DNA from: Bacteroidota bacterium
GTDB taxonomy: Bacteria; Bacteroidota; Bacteroidia; JABDFU01
DNA length: 64,000 nt
Assembly: GCA_013286655.1 (NCBI GenBank)
Contig: JABDFG010000005.1
Location: 9,712 to 73,711 of the forward strand
Direction: 5' to 3'
The notes beneath the pieces were generated by a model. That model had not been told where the DNA came from, ran no database searches, and saw nothing but the letters and a program-made list of their open reading frames with translations. Position 1 is the first letter of the stretch. Every line of letters starts with the position of its first letter. Shown one piece after another: positions 1 through 9,284 of the stretch. The position numbers and the translations under genes were made by a program.

Positions 1-756
1 CAGTTGTACGACAGAGGTATTCAAACCATTCAGGATATTCCTGCAAACTTCCCCTTAAACAAACAATTAAGACTCCAGGTAGAGAGCCTTATTGATCACA
101 AAACAATTATTGACCGGGAGGGAATCCGAAAGTTCCTGCAGTCTGTGAATTATCCTTTGTTTTTTATGGATTTTGAAACAATCATGCCGGCCGTACCGAT
201 CTATTCAGGCACTCATCCATACCAGCATATTCCTTTTCAGTATTCTCTGCATTTTAAAGAAACGAAAAGCAGTACATTGTTTCATATGGAATTTCTAGCG
301 GAAGCCGGTACTGATCCCCGAAAACAATTTATTGAACAGTTGATAAAACACACTGCTGTCCCAGGGGATATATTGACCTATAACGCGACGTTTGAACGCA
401 GCGTTCTGAACAACCTTAAAAAACAGTTTCCCGAATACGATGATGCGATCGATTACATTATCTACCGGATAAAGGACCTGATGTTCCCTTTTGAAACTAA
501 ACTTTATTACGATCCGCGGATGAAGGGTTCTTATTCTATCAAAAATGTTCTGCCGGCATTGGTTGATAATCTGAATTATAGTACGCTGAAGATTGGCAGT
601 GGTAGTGTCGCCATGGCCGCTTTTGAAAATCTGCAAACGGAAACGGACTTGTTCAAAATAGCTGAAACGCGGGATGCTCTGAGGGCTTATTGCGAAATGG
701 ACACACTGGCAATGGTAAGAATACTGGAAGTTCTTGAGAATACGGTTATTCTATGA
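1..756 (+). CDS. DUF2779-like protein, 5'-truncated by window edge
   Basis: The frame is open from base 1. The motif block FFMDFETIMPAVPIY..HPYQHIPFQYSLH is typical of DUF2779 (RecB-like/exonuclease-fold) proteins. No convincing start lies inside the window. Confidence 0.6.
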   Translation, partial: QLYDRGIQTIQDIPANFPLNKQLRLQVESLIDHKTIIDREGIRKFLQSVNYPLFFMDFETIMPAVPIYSGTHPYQHIPFQYSLHFKETKSSTLFHMEFLAEAGTDPRKQFIEQLIKHTAVPGDILTYNATFERSVLNNLKKQFPEYDDAIDYIIYRIKDLMFPFETKLYYDPRMKGSYSIKNVLPALVDNLNYSTLKIGSGSVAMAAFENLQTETDLFKIAETRDALRAYCEMDTLAMVRILEVLENTVIL

Positions 757-1150
757 GTACTTCAAAGCGGAAGGGCAGGGTCAGCAATTTTTGAAATTCT
801 TCTCCGGATTCCTTCATTTCCAGGTCTATTTCAGTATAGAGCCAGCGGATTTCCACCGGAATATTGTTGTTGTGTAATTCTTCCAGACGGCCGAATATGT
901 TCATCAGGTATTTGGCGGAAGAGGAACTGAAATATTCAAAATGTATCGTGAAAAACAGTCGGGCAGAATGATCGTTTTGTTCCAGGGTAGCGGCACAGAA
1001 TGATTTTATCCATTCGATCAGGGGATCATAAAACGCTTTCGCATTTTCAGGTCTGGATTCTCCCTTCATTTCAAATATGTTTTTTTCCGGATCGAAAATA
1101 ACGTGAGGTGTACTTTCGGTAGCGGGTGAAATGAAGGGTTGCAATTTCAT
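746..1150 (-). CDS. DUF1987 / SiaC-family regulatory phosphoprotein (paralog 2)
   Basis: 134 aa. Signature TP.V.FDPEKN.FEMKGESRPENA.AFYDPLIEWI, then FEYF.SSSAKY and a C-terminal GEEF..L...PF.F. Confidence 0.7.
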   Translation of the reverse strand: MKLQPFISPATESTPHVIFDPEKNIFEMKGESRPENAKAFYDPLIEWIKSFCAATLEQNDHSARLFFTIHFEYFSSSSAKYLMNIFGRLEELHNNNIPVEIRWLYTEIDLEMKESGEEFQKLLTLPFRFEVLIE

Positions 1151-1174
1151 TTTTTTAAAATTTTCGGTTTGTTC

Positions 1175-1579
1175 TTACATGTTGGGTGTTGAAAAAAACC
1201 GAAAAGGGACGGAAAACATTTTCGAGAATTCTTCTCCGGAATTTTTCATGTCGATATCCGGATCATCGTAGTACCATTCGATTTCAACTGGCATTATTTC
1301 CTCTTTAATTGAATCCAACTTTCCTATAATGGAGGTAAGAAATTTGGCGGAGGTTGAATTAAAATACTGAAATTTAAATTTAAATATGAGCTTTTCTGCG
1401 TGATTGGGCTTAGCTGTGAGCAGGTGATTTTTATAGCTTTCCAACCATTCTAAAACGGGCTCGTAAAATTTGCGGACATTTTCAGGTCTGGATTCTCCGG
1501 AAATTTCAAATTCCAGTTTTTCCGGAAGAAACTTAATACCGGGTGTCATATCTGTTGCTTCAATAAGGAAAGAAGTCAT
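1175..1579 (-). CDS. DUF1987 / SiaC-family regulatory phosphoprotein (paralog 1)
   Basis: 134 aa. It has the same architecture as the neighbouring ORF (TPGIKFLPEKLEFEISGESRPENVRKFYEPVLEWL; FQYFNSTSAKF; GEEFSKMFSVPFRF). It starts 4 nt after the upstream SiaB-like gene ends. Confidence 0.7.
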   Translation of the reverse strand: MTSFLIEATDMTPGIKFLPEKLEFEISGESRPENVRKFYEPVLEWLESYKNHLLTAKPNHAEKLIFKFKFQYFNSTSAKFLTSIIGKLDSIKEEIMPVEIEWYYDDPDIDMKNSGEEFSKMFSVPFRFFSTPNM

Positions 1580-1582
1580 AGT

Positions 1583-2158
1583 TTAGTTTTTAGAATAGGT
1601 GTAATTATTATGTATTCTTACCTGGAAAACGTAAAAGGCATGGTCTTTGTCAATTTTTTTAAAATCGTACTGCATCCGGCTTTCGGATTTGATTGCGATG
1701 TCGATCATTCCCAATGCTGCACTTTCTTTCTCTGAGAACTCCTCATTGGCAAGGATTTCACGGTACATTTTCTTCTGTCCTTCTTTGTCGAGGGTATTGA
1801 TTTTATCAATCAGGTTTTTTATGTCGTCCACACGTTGCGTCTGAATGTAATTTCCTGTCACCAGGTAATAATCATTTCCTTTTTTATGCAGTGTGAAAAT
1901 GGAAAATGGGGGTGTTGTCCCGGCTTGCTCCTCTATGACGGCTGATTGTCTCATAATGCTTTCCAGGGATTCCACCATTACATTGTATACTTTTTTTTGG
2001 ACCGACAGGTTGGATTCTGTGCTGCTTAATTTTCCCCGGGCTGAATTAACCAGCGCATTTACCACCCGTATATCAAATTCGCCAGTAAATGCGAGCAAAA
2101 CATTGTTCCGCTCCATCACCTGCAAAATATCATAGACAAACTCGTCATTCATTCCCAT
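1583..2158 (-). CDS. SiaB-family protein kinase-like partner-switch component
   Basis: 191 aa. Its size, position directly upstream of DUF1987 genes, and N-terminal LLAFTGEFD pattern resemble Bacteroidota SiaB-family proteins. This is a recollection of the family, not a search result. Confidence 0.55.
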   Translation of the reverse strand: MGMNDEFVYDILQVMERNNVLLAFTGEFDIRVVNALVNSARGKLSSTESNLSVQKKVYNVMVESLESIMRQSAVIEEQAGTTPPFSIFTLHKKGNDYYLVTGNYIQTQRVDDIKNLIDKINTLDKEGQKKMYREILANEEFSEKESAALGMIDIAIKSESRMQYDFKKIDKDHAFYVFQVRIHNNYTYSKN

Positions 2159-2252
2159 AAAACCTTTCCTGATTTACGCTCGTGTAAATATATATACTTA
2201 ATGCTAAATACGCTATCAAAATTTTAGTAGTTTAGAAGTTCATAAACAGACC

Positions 2253-2741
2253 ATGCCTTCCTTTGATATTGTCAGCAAAACGGACGTTCAGACGCTTGAC
2301 AATGCGATTAATGTTGCTAAACGGGAGATTTTAAACCGATTTGATTTTCATGGCTCAAAAAGCACCATTGACCTGGATAAAAAAACAATGGTGATTGCTA
2401 TTCTTACCGAAGATGATATGCGCCTGGAGTCTATTGTTGATGCGATCCGTTCGCGAATGATCAAACAAAAACTTAACCCGCAATGCCTGGATGAGGGTAA
2501 GGAAAAGACAGCTTCGGGAAATATGATCAAAAAGGACATTGTTGTCAAACAGGGAATTGATAAGGAGACTGCCAAAAAAATCAATAAGGATATTAAGGAT
2601 TCCAAATTAAAAGTACAGTCTCAGATCATGGATGATCAGATCCGCGTTACCGGAAAAAAAATTGATGATCTGCAGGCTATCATTTCCATGATCAGCAGAA
2701 CTAATTACGAATTACCGCTGCAGTTTGTTAATATGAAATAG
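2253..2741 (+). CDS. yajQ: YajQ-family cyclic-di-GMP/nucleotide-binding protein (UPF0234)
   Basis: 162 aa. The N-terminus MPSFDIVSK.D.Q..DNAIN.A.REI..RFDF is the canonical YajQ start. Confidence 0.9.
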   Translation: MPSFDIVSKTDVQTLDNAINVAKREILNRFDFHGSKSTIDLDKKTMVIAILTEDDMRLESIVDAIRSRMIKQKLNPQCLDEGKEKTASGNMIKKDIVVKQGIDKETAKKINKDIKDSKLKVQSQIMDDQIRVTGKKIDDLQAIISMISRTNYELPLQFVNMK

Positions 2742-2847
2742 TCATAAATAGTGTGTTAACATTTTTTAACAATAATCTCCCGGCATTCCTCGTATTCTAT
2801 CTGTTTTCTAATGACTTTCTAATAATCCTTCTCTACCTTTGCGAGCT

Positions 2848-4140
2848 ATGTATCGCATGAGGCCGGACGTTTTGATATTCAGGTATCGTTTAGTAGTGTT
2901 TTTTTGCTTCACTTTCCTGAGCAGTTTATTTGCTCAGAAGGATACGCTAAGGTTAACCCTTCCTAAAGTGGAAAAGATATTTCTTGATAGCAACCTCCAG
3001 TTACTCGCGCAGAAATATTCGATTGATGCAACGAAGGCCCTGGTGATTCAGGCTAAGTTATTTCCCAATCCCAACATTGCGTATTCTCGTGGCTTATACT
3101 CCGGTTCCTACCATAAATATATTTTACTGACGGATTCTGAAAATTCTGTTCAGGTGTCTCAGCTTATTTTATTAGCCGGAAAACGAAACAAACAGATTAA
3201 AATAGCCAAGGCAAATGTAGCCCTCGCGGAATACCAGTTTTTTGATTTATTGAGGACCTTAAAATATTCTCTGCGTTCCACTTTTTTTAACGTTTATTAC
3301 CTGCGGCAGTCTGCCCGGGTATACTCTGCAGAAATTAATGCTTTGCGACAAATTGTAACGGCCTTTAACGAGCAACATGGAAAGGGATATATTTCCGAAC
3401 GGGAAGTTATCCGGATCAAGGCGCAGTTGTATAGCTTCCAAAGTGAATACAATGATCTGATCAATCAGATCAATGATACGGAAAGTGAACTGAAATTGTT
3501 ATTACTGGTTAAAAGCAATGTGTACATTGACCCAATTATAGATACTGCTGCGGTCAATAAGCTGGATCCTTTTAAATACACATTGGATACGCTCCTGAAT
3601 TCTGCTTACCGTAACCGCACCGATCTGCTGATCGCCAAAGAGAATACGGATATTAACAAACTTACTTACAATTACCAGAAAGCATTGGCCATACCTGATC
3701 TTACTTTAAACGCCGGGTATGATCAGGCGGGAGGGTTTGCCCGCAATTACTATGGAATAGGTGCTTCTATTGATCTTCCTTTTTTTAACCGGAACCAGGG
3801 GAATATTAAAATGGCAAAAGCGATGATTGATAATACGATTGCTCTTCAAAAAAATACGGAGTTTACCGTAAGTGAAAATGTTAATCGTTCGTTGGAAAAA
3901 GCTTTAGCGGAAAACAAACTTTTTCAAGAAATGGATCCGAAATTTTCCAACGATTTTGAACGTCTGATGCAGGAAGTGGTCCTTCATTATATGAAAAGGG
4001 ATATCGGCATACTCGATTTTCTTGATTTCTATGATTCCTATAAACAAAATGTTTTACAGTTCAATGCTATCCGCTATAATCGGATACAGGCTTTTGAGGA
4101 TTTAAATTTTTATACGGCAACTAATTTTTACAATCAATAA
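2848..4140 (+). CDS. TolC/CzcC-family outer membrane efflux protein
   Basis: The ORF track starts at TTG 2839 and the first ATG is at 2848. It has a signal-like N-terminus and a two-repeat TolC-like composition, and is the first gene of a three-gene RND efflux operon. A TAnnTTTG-like box (TACCTTTG, 2834-2841) lies just upstream. Confidence 0.8.
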   Translation: MYRMRPDVLIFRYRLVVFFCFTFLSSLFAQKDTLRLTLPKVEKIFLDSNLQLLAQKYSIDATKALVIQAKLFPNPNIAYSRGLYSGSYHKYILLTDSENSVQVSQLILLAGKRNKQIKIAKANVALAEYQFFDLLRTLKYSLRSTFFNVYYLRQSARVYSAEINALRQIVTAFNEQHGKGYISEREVIRIKAQLYSFQSEYNDLINQINDTESELKLLLLVKSNVYIDPIIDTAAVNKLDPFKYTLDTLLNSAYRNRTDLLIAKENTDINKLTYNYQKALAIPDLTLNAGYDQAGGFARNYYGIGASIDLPFFNRNQGNIKMAKAMIDNTIALQKNTEFTVSENVNRSLEKALAENKLFQEMDPKFSNDFERLMQEVVLHYMKRDIGILDFLDFYDSYKQNVLQFNAIRYNRIQAFEDLNFYTATNFYNQ

Positions 4141-4148
4141 ACATCCCA

Positions 4149-5246
4149 ATGAAAACCAGAATAAGTTGCATTTTATTAACTATCGGAATTGGATCCTTGT
4201 GTTTTCAATCGTGTAAAAGCACTGAAAACAAGACCAGCGATGAACGGCAACCTTATGTTATTTCGGATTCTCTGTTAAAAAGTATCCGCATTGATTCTGT
4301 CAAACAAGGACAGTTGATCAATTCGATCACCTTGACCGGTCAGGTGGATTTTAATCAGGATAATGTAGTAAATATTTTCCCCTTGGTAAGCGGAAACGTT
4401 CAGGGTATAAACGTGATGTTGGGTGATTATGTAAAGGAAGGTCAAGTACTAGGTATTATCAAGAGTAGTGAAATGGCGCAATATAGCAATGACCTGATCA
4501 GCGCCCAGACCAATTTGCAATTGGCGGAAAAAATGCTCGAAAAAACAGTGGACATGTATCATTCCGGTCTGGCTTCTAAGACGGACTCCCTGAGCGCAGC
4601 TATTACTGTAGAACAGGCAAAGGCTCAGTTGAGCCGGGCCCAAAGGGTTTTAAAAATTAACGGAGGAAATACCCAGGGTGAATTCGCCATAAAGGCTCCT
4701 ATCAGCGGCTTTATTGTGCAAAAATTAGTTACTAATGATCAAACTATCCGTGCGGATAATGGTGGTGCATTGTTTACGATATCCGACATGAAGAATGTAT
4801 GGGTATGGGCGAATGTTTATGAATCAAACGTAAATAATATCCATCTTGGAGATAATATTGATGTTAGTACGCTTTCCTATCCGGGCAGAATTTTTAAAGG
4901 AAAAGTAGACAAAATCATGGAAATGCTGGATCCTGCTAGCAAAGCTATGAAAGTGCGTGTTTCCATCGACAATGAGGACTATGCGTTAAAACCGCAGATG
5001 TTTGCCAGCGTCACGGTAACGAATACTCAAAACAAAGAGGCGATCTATGTCCCCTCCAGCGGCATCATATTCGATCACAGTCAATATTATGTGCTGGTCT
5101 ACCGGGGTAAGGGAAAGGCCGAAATTACTCCTGTGCAGAAATTAAACAGTCTGGGTACAAAAACTTATTTAACCGCCGGTGTTACGGTGGGCGAGCAGAT
5201 TATCGCTTCGGATGCGCTGCAGATATACAGTGAATTAAACAATTAA
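4149..5246 (+). CDS. Efflux RND periplasmic adaptor (CzcB/HlyD family), lipoprotein
   Basis: 365 aa. Lipobox-like LCFQSC, and a biotinyl-lipoyl/coiled-coil/beta-barrel adaptor pattern (V.A...G.V..I.V..GD.V..GQ.L). Confidence 0.85.
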   Translation: MKTRISCILLTIGIGSLCFQSCKSTENKTSDERQPYVISDSLLKSIRIDSVKQGQLINSITLTGQVDFNQDNVVNIFPLVSGNVQGINVMLGDYVKEGQVLGIIKSSEMAQYSNDLISAQTNLQLAEKMLEKTVDMYHSGLASKTDSLSAAITVEQAKAQLSRAQRVLKINGGNTQGEFAIKAPISGFIVQKLVTNDQTIRADNGGALFTISDMKNVWVWANVYESNVNNIHLGDNIDVSTLSYPGRIFKGKVDKIMEMLDPASKAMKVRVSIDNEDYALKPQMFASVTVTNTQNKEAIYVPSSGIIFDHSQYYVLVYRGKGKAEITPVQKLNSLGTKTYLTAGVTVGEQIIASDALQIYSELNN

Positions 5247-5276
5247 AAAAACGAGAGATACCATTAACTTCATCCA

Positions 5277-8200
5277 ATGATCAAATTTCTCAGAGGTATT
5301 ATCGGGTTTTCATTGAAAAACAAGTATTTTATCTTGTTTGCGGCAGTGGTACTCATCATCGGCGGGGTGTACACCTTCATTCAGATGCCCATCGAAGCTT
5401 TTCCGGATGTAACGAATACGGAAATAGACATTATTACACAGTGGCCCGGCCGCAGTGCCGAAGAGGTGGAAAAGTTCGTGACGATTCCCATCGAAATTGC
5501 CTTGAATCCTGTTCAGCAGAAAACGAGTCTTCGTTCTACCAGCATCTTTGGGCTGTCGTATGTTAAAATCATCTTCGACGATAATGTTCCTGACCGGGAC
5601 GCCCGGCAACAAGTGATGAGTTTGTTGCCGAATGCCAGTATTCCCAGTAACGTGCAACCGGCTATACAGCCTCCGATAGGACCTACCGGAGAGATTTACC
5701 GGTATACTATCAAAAGCAGCTTTCGGGATGTGCGGGAATTAAAAACCATCCAGGACTGGGTGATTGACCGTCAACTAAGGAGTGTACCAGGAATCGGGGA
5801 CATCAATAGTTTTGGCGGCAAAACAAAGACATTTGAAATAAAGGTTGATCCCGGAAAACTCGCGAATCTTGGACTGACCCCCTTGGACGTGTTTACGGCC
5901 GTTCAAAAAACCAATATCAATGTGGGAGGTGATATGATCATTCAAAATAACCAGGCCTTTGTTGTCAGAGGTATCGGGTTACTGAACGACATTGAAGAAA
6001 TTAAAAATATTATTATTGAAAATAACAATGGTGTTCCGCTGCTTGTAAAGGATATTGCAACGGTTGAAATTTCGAATATGCCACGCCTGGGCTGGGTTGC
6101 CAAAAGCCAACGTGCCGAAAAGAATGGGAAGGATACGGTACTGGATGAAACGGATGTGGTAGAGGCCATCATTGTCATGAGAAAAGGAGAAAATCCTACT
6201 GAAGTGGCGAAGGGAATAGAAGCAAAAGTTGACTATCTGAATCAGTACATTCTTCCGGCAGATACTAAAATAATACCTTACTATGACCGTACGGATCTTA
6301 TTGAATATGCTACGCATACTGTGTTACATAATTTAATTGAGGGTATTTTGCTGGTTACATTATTGGTATCTCTGTTTATGTTTAACTGGCGGACAACTCT
6401 TATTGTCGCCGTCATTATACCGCTGGCTCTTTTGTTTGCGTTTATCTGTCTTCACTTAATGCACATGAGCGCCAACCTGCTTTCTTTGGGAGCGGTGGAT
6501 TTTGGTATTATCATAGATGGTGCTGTGGTCATGGTGGAGGGGATGTTTGTGATCCTGGATCATCAGGCGCATACCCTGGGAATGGAGCGTTTTAATAAAA
6601 GAGCCAAATTGGGTCTTATTAAACGTAATGGCGCTCAGTTAGGAAAGGCAATTTTTTTCGCAAAACTAATTATCATCTCCGGCCTCTTACCCATTTTCGC
6701 CTTTCAGAAAGTGGAAGGAAAAATGTTTTCTCCGCTGGCATATACCCTCGGTTTTGCCTTGCTGGGTGCTTTGATCACCACGTTAACGCTTGTGCCGGTA
6801 CTCATCAGCATTCTGCTGAGAAAAAATGTTCATGAGAAACATAATCCTTTCGTTCATCACCTGACGGGTTTCATGCTTTTTGGTTTTGAAAAGGCCTTTA
6901 AAAATAAAAAGGGTGTAATGATTATTGCCCTGGTTGCGGTGGTCATGGGCATCTTCTCCTTCAAGTATCTTGGTTCAGAGTTTTTGCCGGAGCTAAACGA
7001 GGGTAGCATCTGGCTGCGTGTTCAGACGGCTTACAGCATGTCCCTGGAAAAATCGGTTCAGATTTCCAAACAGGCCAGGGCACTGGTGATGGAATTCCCC
7101 CAGGTAAAGTATTGTGTATCTCAAACCGGTAGACCGGATGATGGTACGGATGTAGCAGGGTTTTATAATAATGAATTTGATATTATTTTGTACCCGGAAT
7201 CGGACTGGAATCCTAAACTGACGAAGGATGAATTAATTGATCGGATGAATAAAAAATTATCGCTTATTCCCGGAATCAACCTTAATTTTTCCCAACCTAT
7301 TATGGACAATGTGGAAGAAGCGGTTTCCGGCGTAAAAGGTAGTATCTGCGTGAAAATTTACGGGGATTCTTTAAATTACATGGAAGAGAAAATAAACCAG
7401 GTGTACACGATCCTGAATCGCATAAAAGGTATCGACGATTTGGGGGTTATCCATAATATCGGCCAGCCCGAGCTTGATATTAATCTGGATCAGCGAAAAA
7501 TGGGCCTGTATGGTGTGGCTACTGCTGACGCCAATGCGGTAGTGAGTATGGCCATCGGCGGACTCGGGCCAGGGGGCGTAGCGGCCAGCACCTTGTATGA
7601 GGGTATCCGTACCTTTGATGTTCGCATACGATTGCCGGAGGAGTTCCGAAGAACCCCGGAACAGATCGGGGAATTATTGGTACCTACTCAAAACGGCAGC
7701 CGGGTTCCTATCAAGGAAATTGCAGCGATCACAAAAAAAACAGCATCCTGCCTGATCTTCCGGGATGATAACCAACGTTATTCTGCTCTTAAGTTTTCTA
7801 TCCGTGGAAGGGACATGGGAAGTACTATTGCAGAGGCTCAAAAGAAAGTAAATGCTGCTGTCACTTTAAAAAGGGGTTACCGTATGGCTTTTCAGGGTGA
7901 TTTTGAAAACCAGCAAAGGGCTCAAAAACGCCTGGCGATGGTGGTGCCTATCAGCTTACTGGTGATTTTTATATTATTGTTCAGTATGTTTGGAAATTTC
8001 AAGGATGCGCTTCTGGTATTTACGAATGTGCCTTTTGCTATTGCCGGTGGTATTTTGGCCTTGCACCTGACGGGTACTAATTTCAGCATTTCGGCAGGTA
8101 TTGGTTTTATTGCCTTGTTTGGAATTTGTATCCAGGATGGGGTATTGCTGATTACGATGTTTAAACAGAACCTGGAGAAAAAAAGAGGGCCCGGCAGTTC

Positions 8201-8447
8201 TTTGTATACGGCTATTATGTTGGGTGTGAATTCCAGAATCCGGCCGGTTATGATGACAGCTTTAATGGCGGCGATCGGTTTATTGCCCGCCGCTATTTCG
8301 CATGGTATTGGCTCTGAAAGTTCCCGACCCCTTGCCAGGGTAGTTATTGGCGGCATTTTGTGTGCTATGATTTTTTCTCTTTGGGTTTTTCCATTGGTTT
8401 TTGAATGGGCTTACCGAAAAAAAACAAATGCATCCCGTTTAGAATAA
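5277..8447 (+). CDS. CusA/CzcA-family heavy-metal efflux RND transporter
   Basis: 1056 aa with 12-TM RND architecture. The N-terminus (IIGFSLKNKYFILF..., EAFPDVTNTEIDIITQWPGRSAEEVE) is typical of the HME-RND family. Confidence 0.9.
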   Translation: MIKFLRGIIGFSLKNKYFILFAAVVLIIGGVYTFIQMPIEAFPDVTNTEIDIITQWPGRSAEEVEKFVTIPIEIALNPVQQKTSLRSTSIFGLSYVKIIFDDNVPDRDARQQVMSLLPNASIPSNVQPAIQPPIGPTGEIYRYTIKSSFRDVRELKTIQDWVIDRQLRSVPGIGDINSFGGKTKTFEIKVDPGKLANLGLTPLDVFTAVQKTNINVGGDMIIQNNQAFVVRGIGLLNDIEEIKNIIIENNNGVPLLVKDIATVEISNMPRLGWVAKSQRAEKNGKDTVLDETDVVEAIIVMRKGENPTEVAKGIEAKVDYLNQYILPADTKIIPYYDRTDLIEYATHTVLHNLIEGILLVTLLVSLFMFNWRTTLIVAVIIPLALLFAFICLHLMHMSANLLSLGAVDFGIIIDGAVVMVEGMFVILDHQAHTLGMERFNKRAKLGLIKRNGAQLGKAIFFAKLIIISGLLPIFAFQKVEGKMFSPLAYTLGFALLGALITTLTLVPVLISILLRKNVHEKHNPFVHHLTGFMLFGFEKAFKNKKGVMIIALVAVVMGIFSFKYLGSEFLPELNEGSIWLRVQTAYSMSLEKSVQISKQARALVMEFPQVKYCVSQTGRPDDGTDVAGFYNNEFDIILYPESDWNPKLTKDELIDRMNKKLSLIPGINLNFSQPIMDNVEEAVSGVKGSICVKIYGDSLNYMEEKINQVYTILNRIKGIDDLGVIHNIGQPELDINLDQRKMGLYGVATADANAVVSMAIGGLGPGGVAASTLYEGIRTFDVRIRLPEEFRRTPEQIGELLVPTQNGSRVPIKEIAAITKKTASCLIFRDDNQRYSALKFSIRGRDMGSTIAEAQKKVNAAVTLKRGYRMAFQGDFENQQRAQKRLAMVVPISLLVIFILLFSMFGNFKDALLVFTNVPFAIAGGILALHLTGTNFSISAGIGFIALFGICIQDGVLLITMFKQNLEKKRGPGSSLYTAIMLGVNSRIRPVMMTALMAAIGLLPAAISHGIGSESSRPLARVVIGGILCAMIFSLWVFPLVFEWAYRKKTNASRLE

Positions 8448-8505
8448 AGGGGTTCAGCTATTGTTGGTTGGGCAGTTGGTTGTTTTGTTTGGAAACTTTG
8501 CTTTG

Positions 8506-8545
8506 TTTGCCCGTTCATAGTCGGGCATCCAGGCAAAGTTTTTTT
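8506..8545 (+). terminator. Possible rho-independent terminator after czcA-like gene
   Basis: TTTGCC(C)...GGCAAA arms, with an inner GCCCG/CGGGC hairpin, followed by a T7 run (8539-8545). Confidence 0.35.
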
Positions 8546-8581
8546 ATTACCTTGTTTACCGTATCAAGAAAGGTATAGCCT

Positions 8582-9253
8582 ATGAAAATTTTGTTGGTGG
8601 AAGATGAACCAAATGTTGTCTCCTTCATTAAACAGGGCCTGGAAGAGTATCATTTCAGCGTTGATGCTGCTTATGATGGCAAAATGGGATTAAGTCTGTT
8701 CGCAAAAAATCAATATGAACTGGTTTTGCTGGATATCATGTTACCCTACCTCAACGGAATAGAGGTTTGTAAGGAAATAAGGACGAATGATAATCAAACA
8801 CCTATCTTAATGCTGACCGCATTGTCTTCTTCCGATGATATTGTCAAGGGCCTGGATACGGGTGCGGATGATTACCTGGTTAAACCGTTCAAATTCCAGG
8901 AGCTACTGGCACGCATACGTGCACTTAGCAGAAGGAAAAACAGCGGGAAGGGACTTGTTTTTAAAATTGCGGATCTGGAACTTGACACTAATGCCCGAAG
9001 TGTAAAAAGAAATAACCAGGTGATTAAACTTACTCCCAAGGAATATTATTTACTGAATTACCTGTTCCGAAATAAGGGTGTTTTAGTTTCCAGATCTGAT
9101 ATTGCTGAAAATATCTGGGAGGAGTCTTTTGAAAAGGGTTCTAATATTGTTGATGTGTATATTAACTATTTAAGGAACAAGATTGATAAGGGTTTTGACA
9201 AAAAGTTAATTCACACGGTAACGGGAATGGGTTATATCTTAAAAGAAAACTAG
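8582..9253 (+). CDS. OmpR-family response regulator
   Basis: 223 aa. REC domain (MKILLVEDE...LLDIMLP), and a winged-helix C-terminus (LTPKEYYLLNYL...GYIL). Confidence 0.9.
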   Translation: MKILLVEDEPNVVSFIKQGLEEYHFSVDAAYDGKMGLSLFAKNQYELVLLDIMLPYLNGIEVCKEIRTNDNQTPILMLTALSSSDDIVKGLDTGADDYLVKPFKFQELLARIRALSRRKNSGKGLVFKIADLELDTNARSVKRNNQVIKLTPKEYYLLNYLFRNKGVLVSRSDIAENIWEESFEKGSNIVDVYINYLRNKIDKGFDKKLIHTVTGMGYILKEN

Positions 9254-9284
9254 CGAAGTTTCTGACCGCATTGCTAATTACTGA

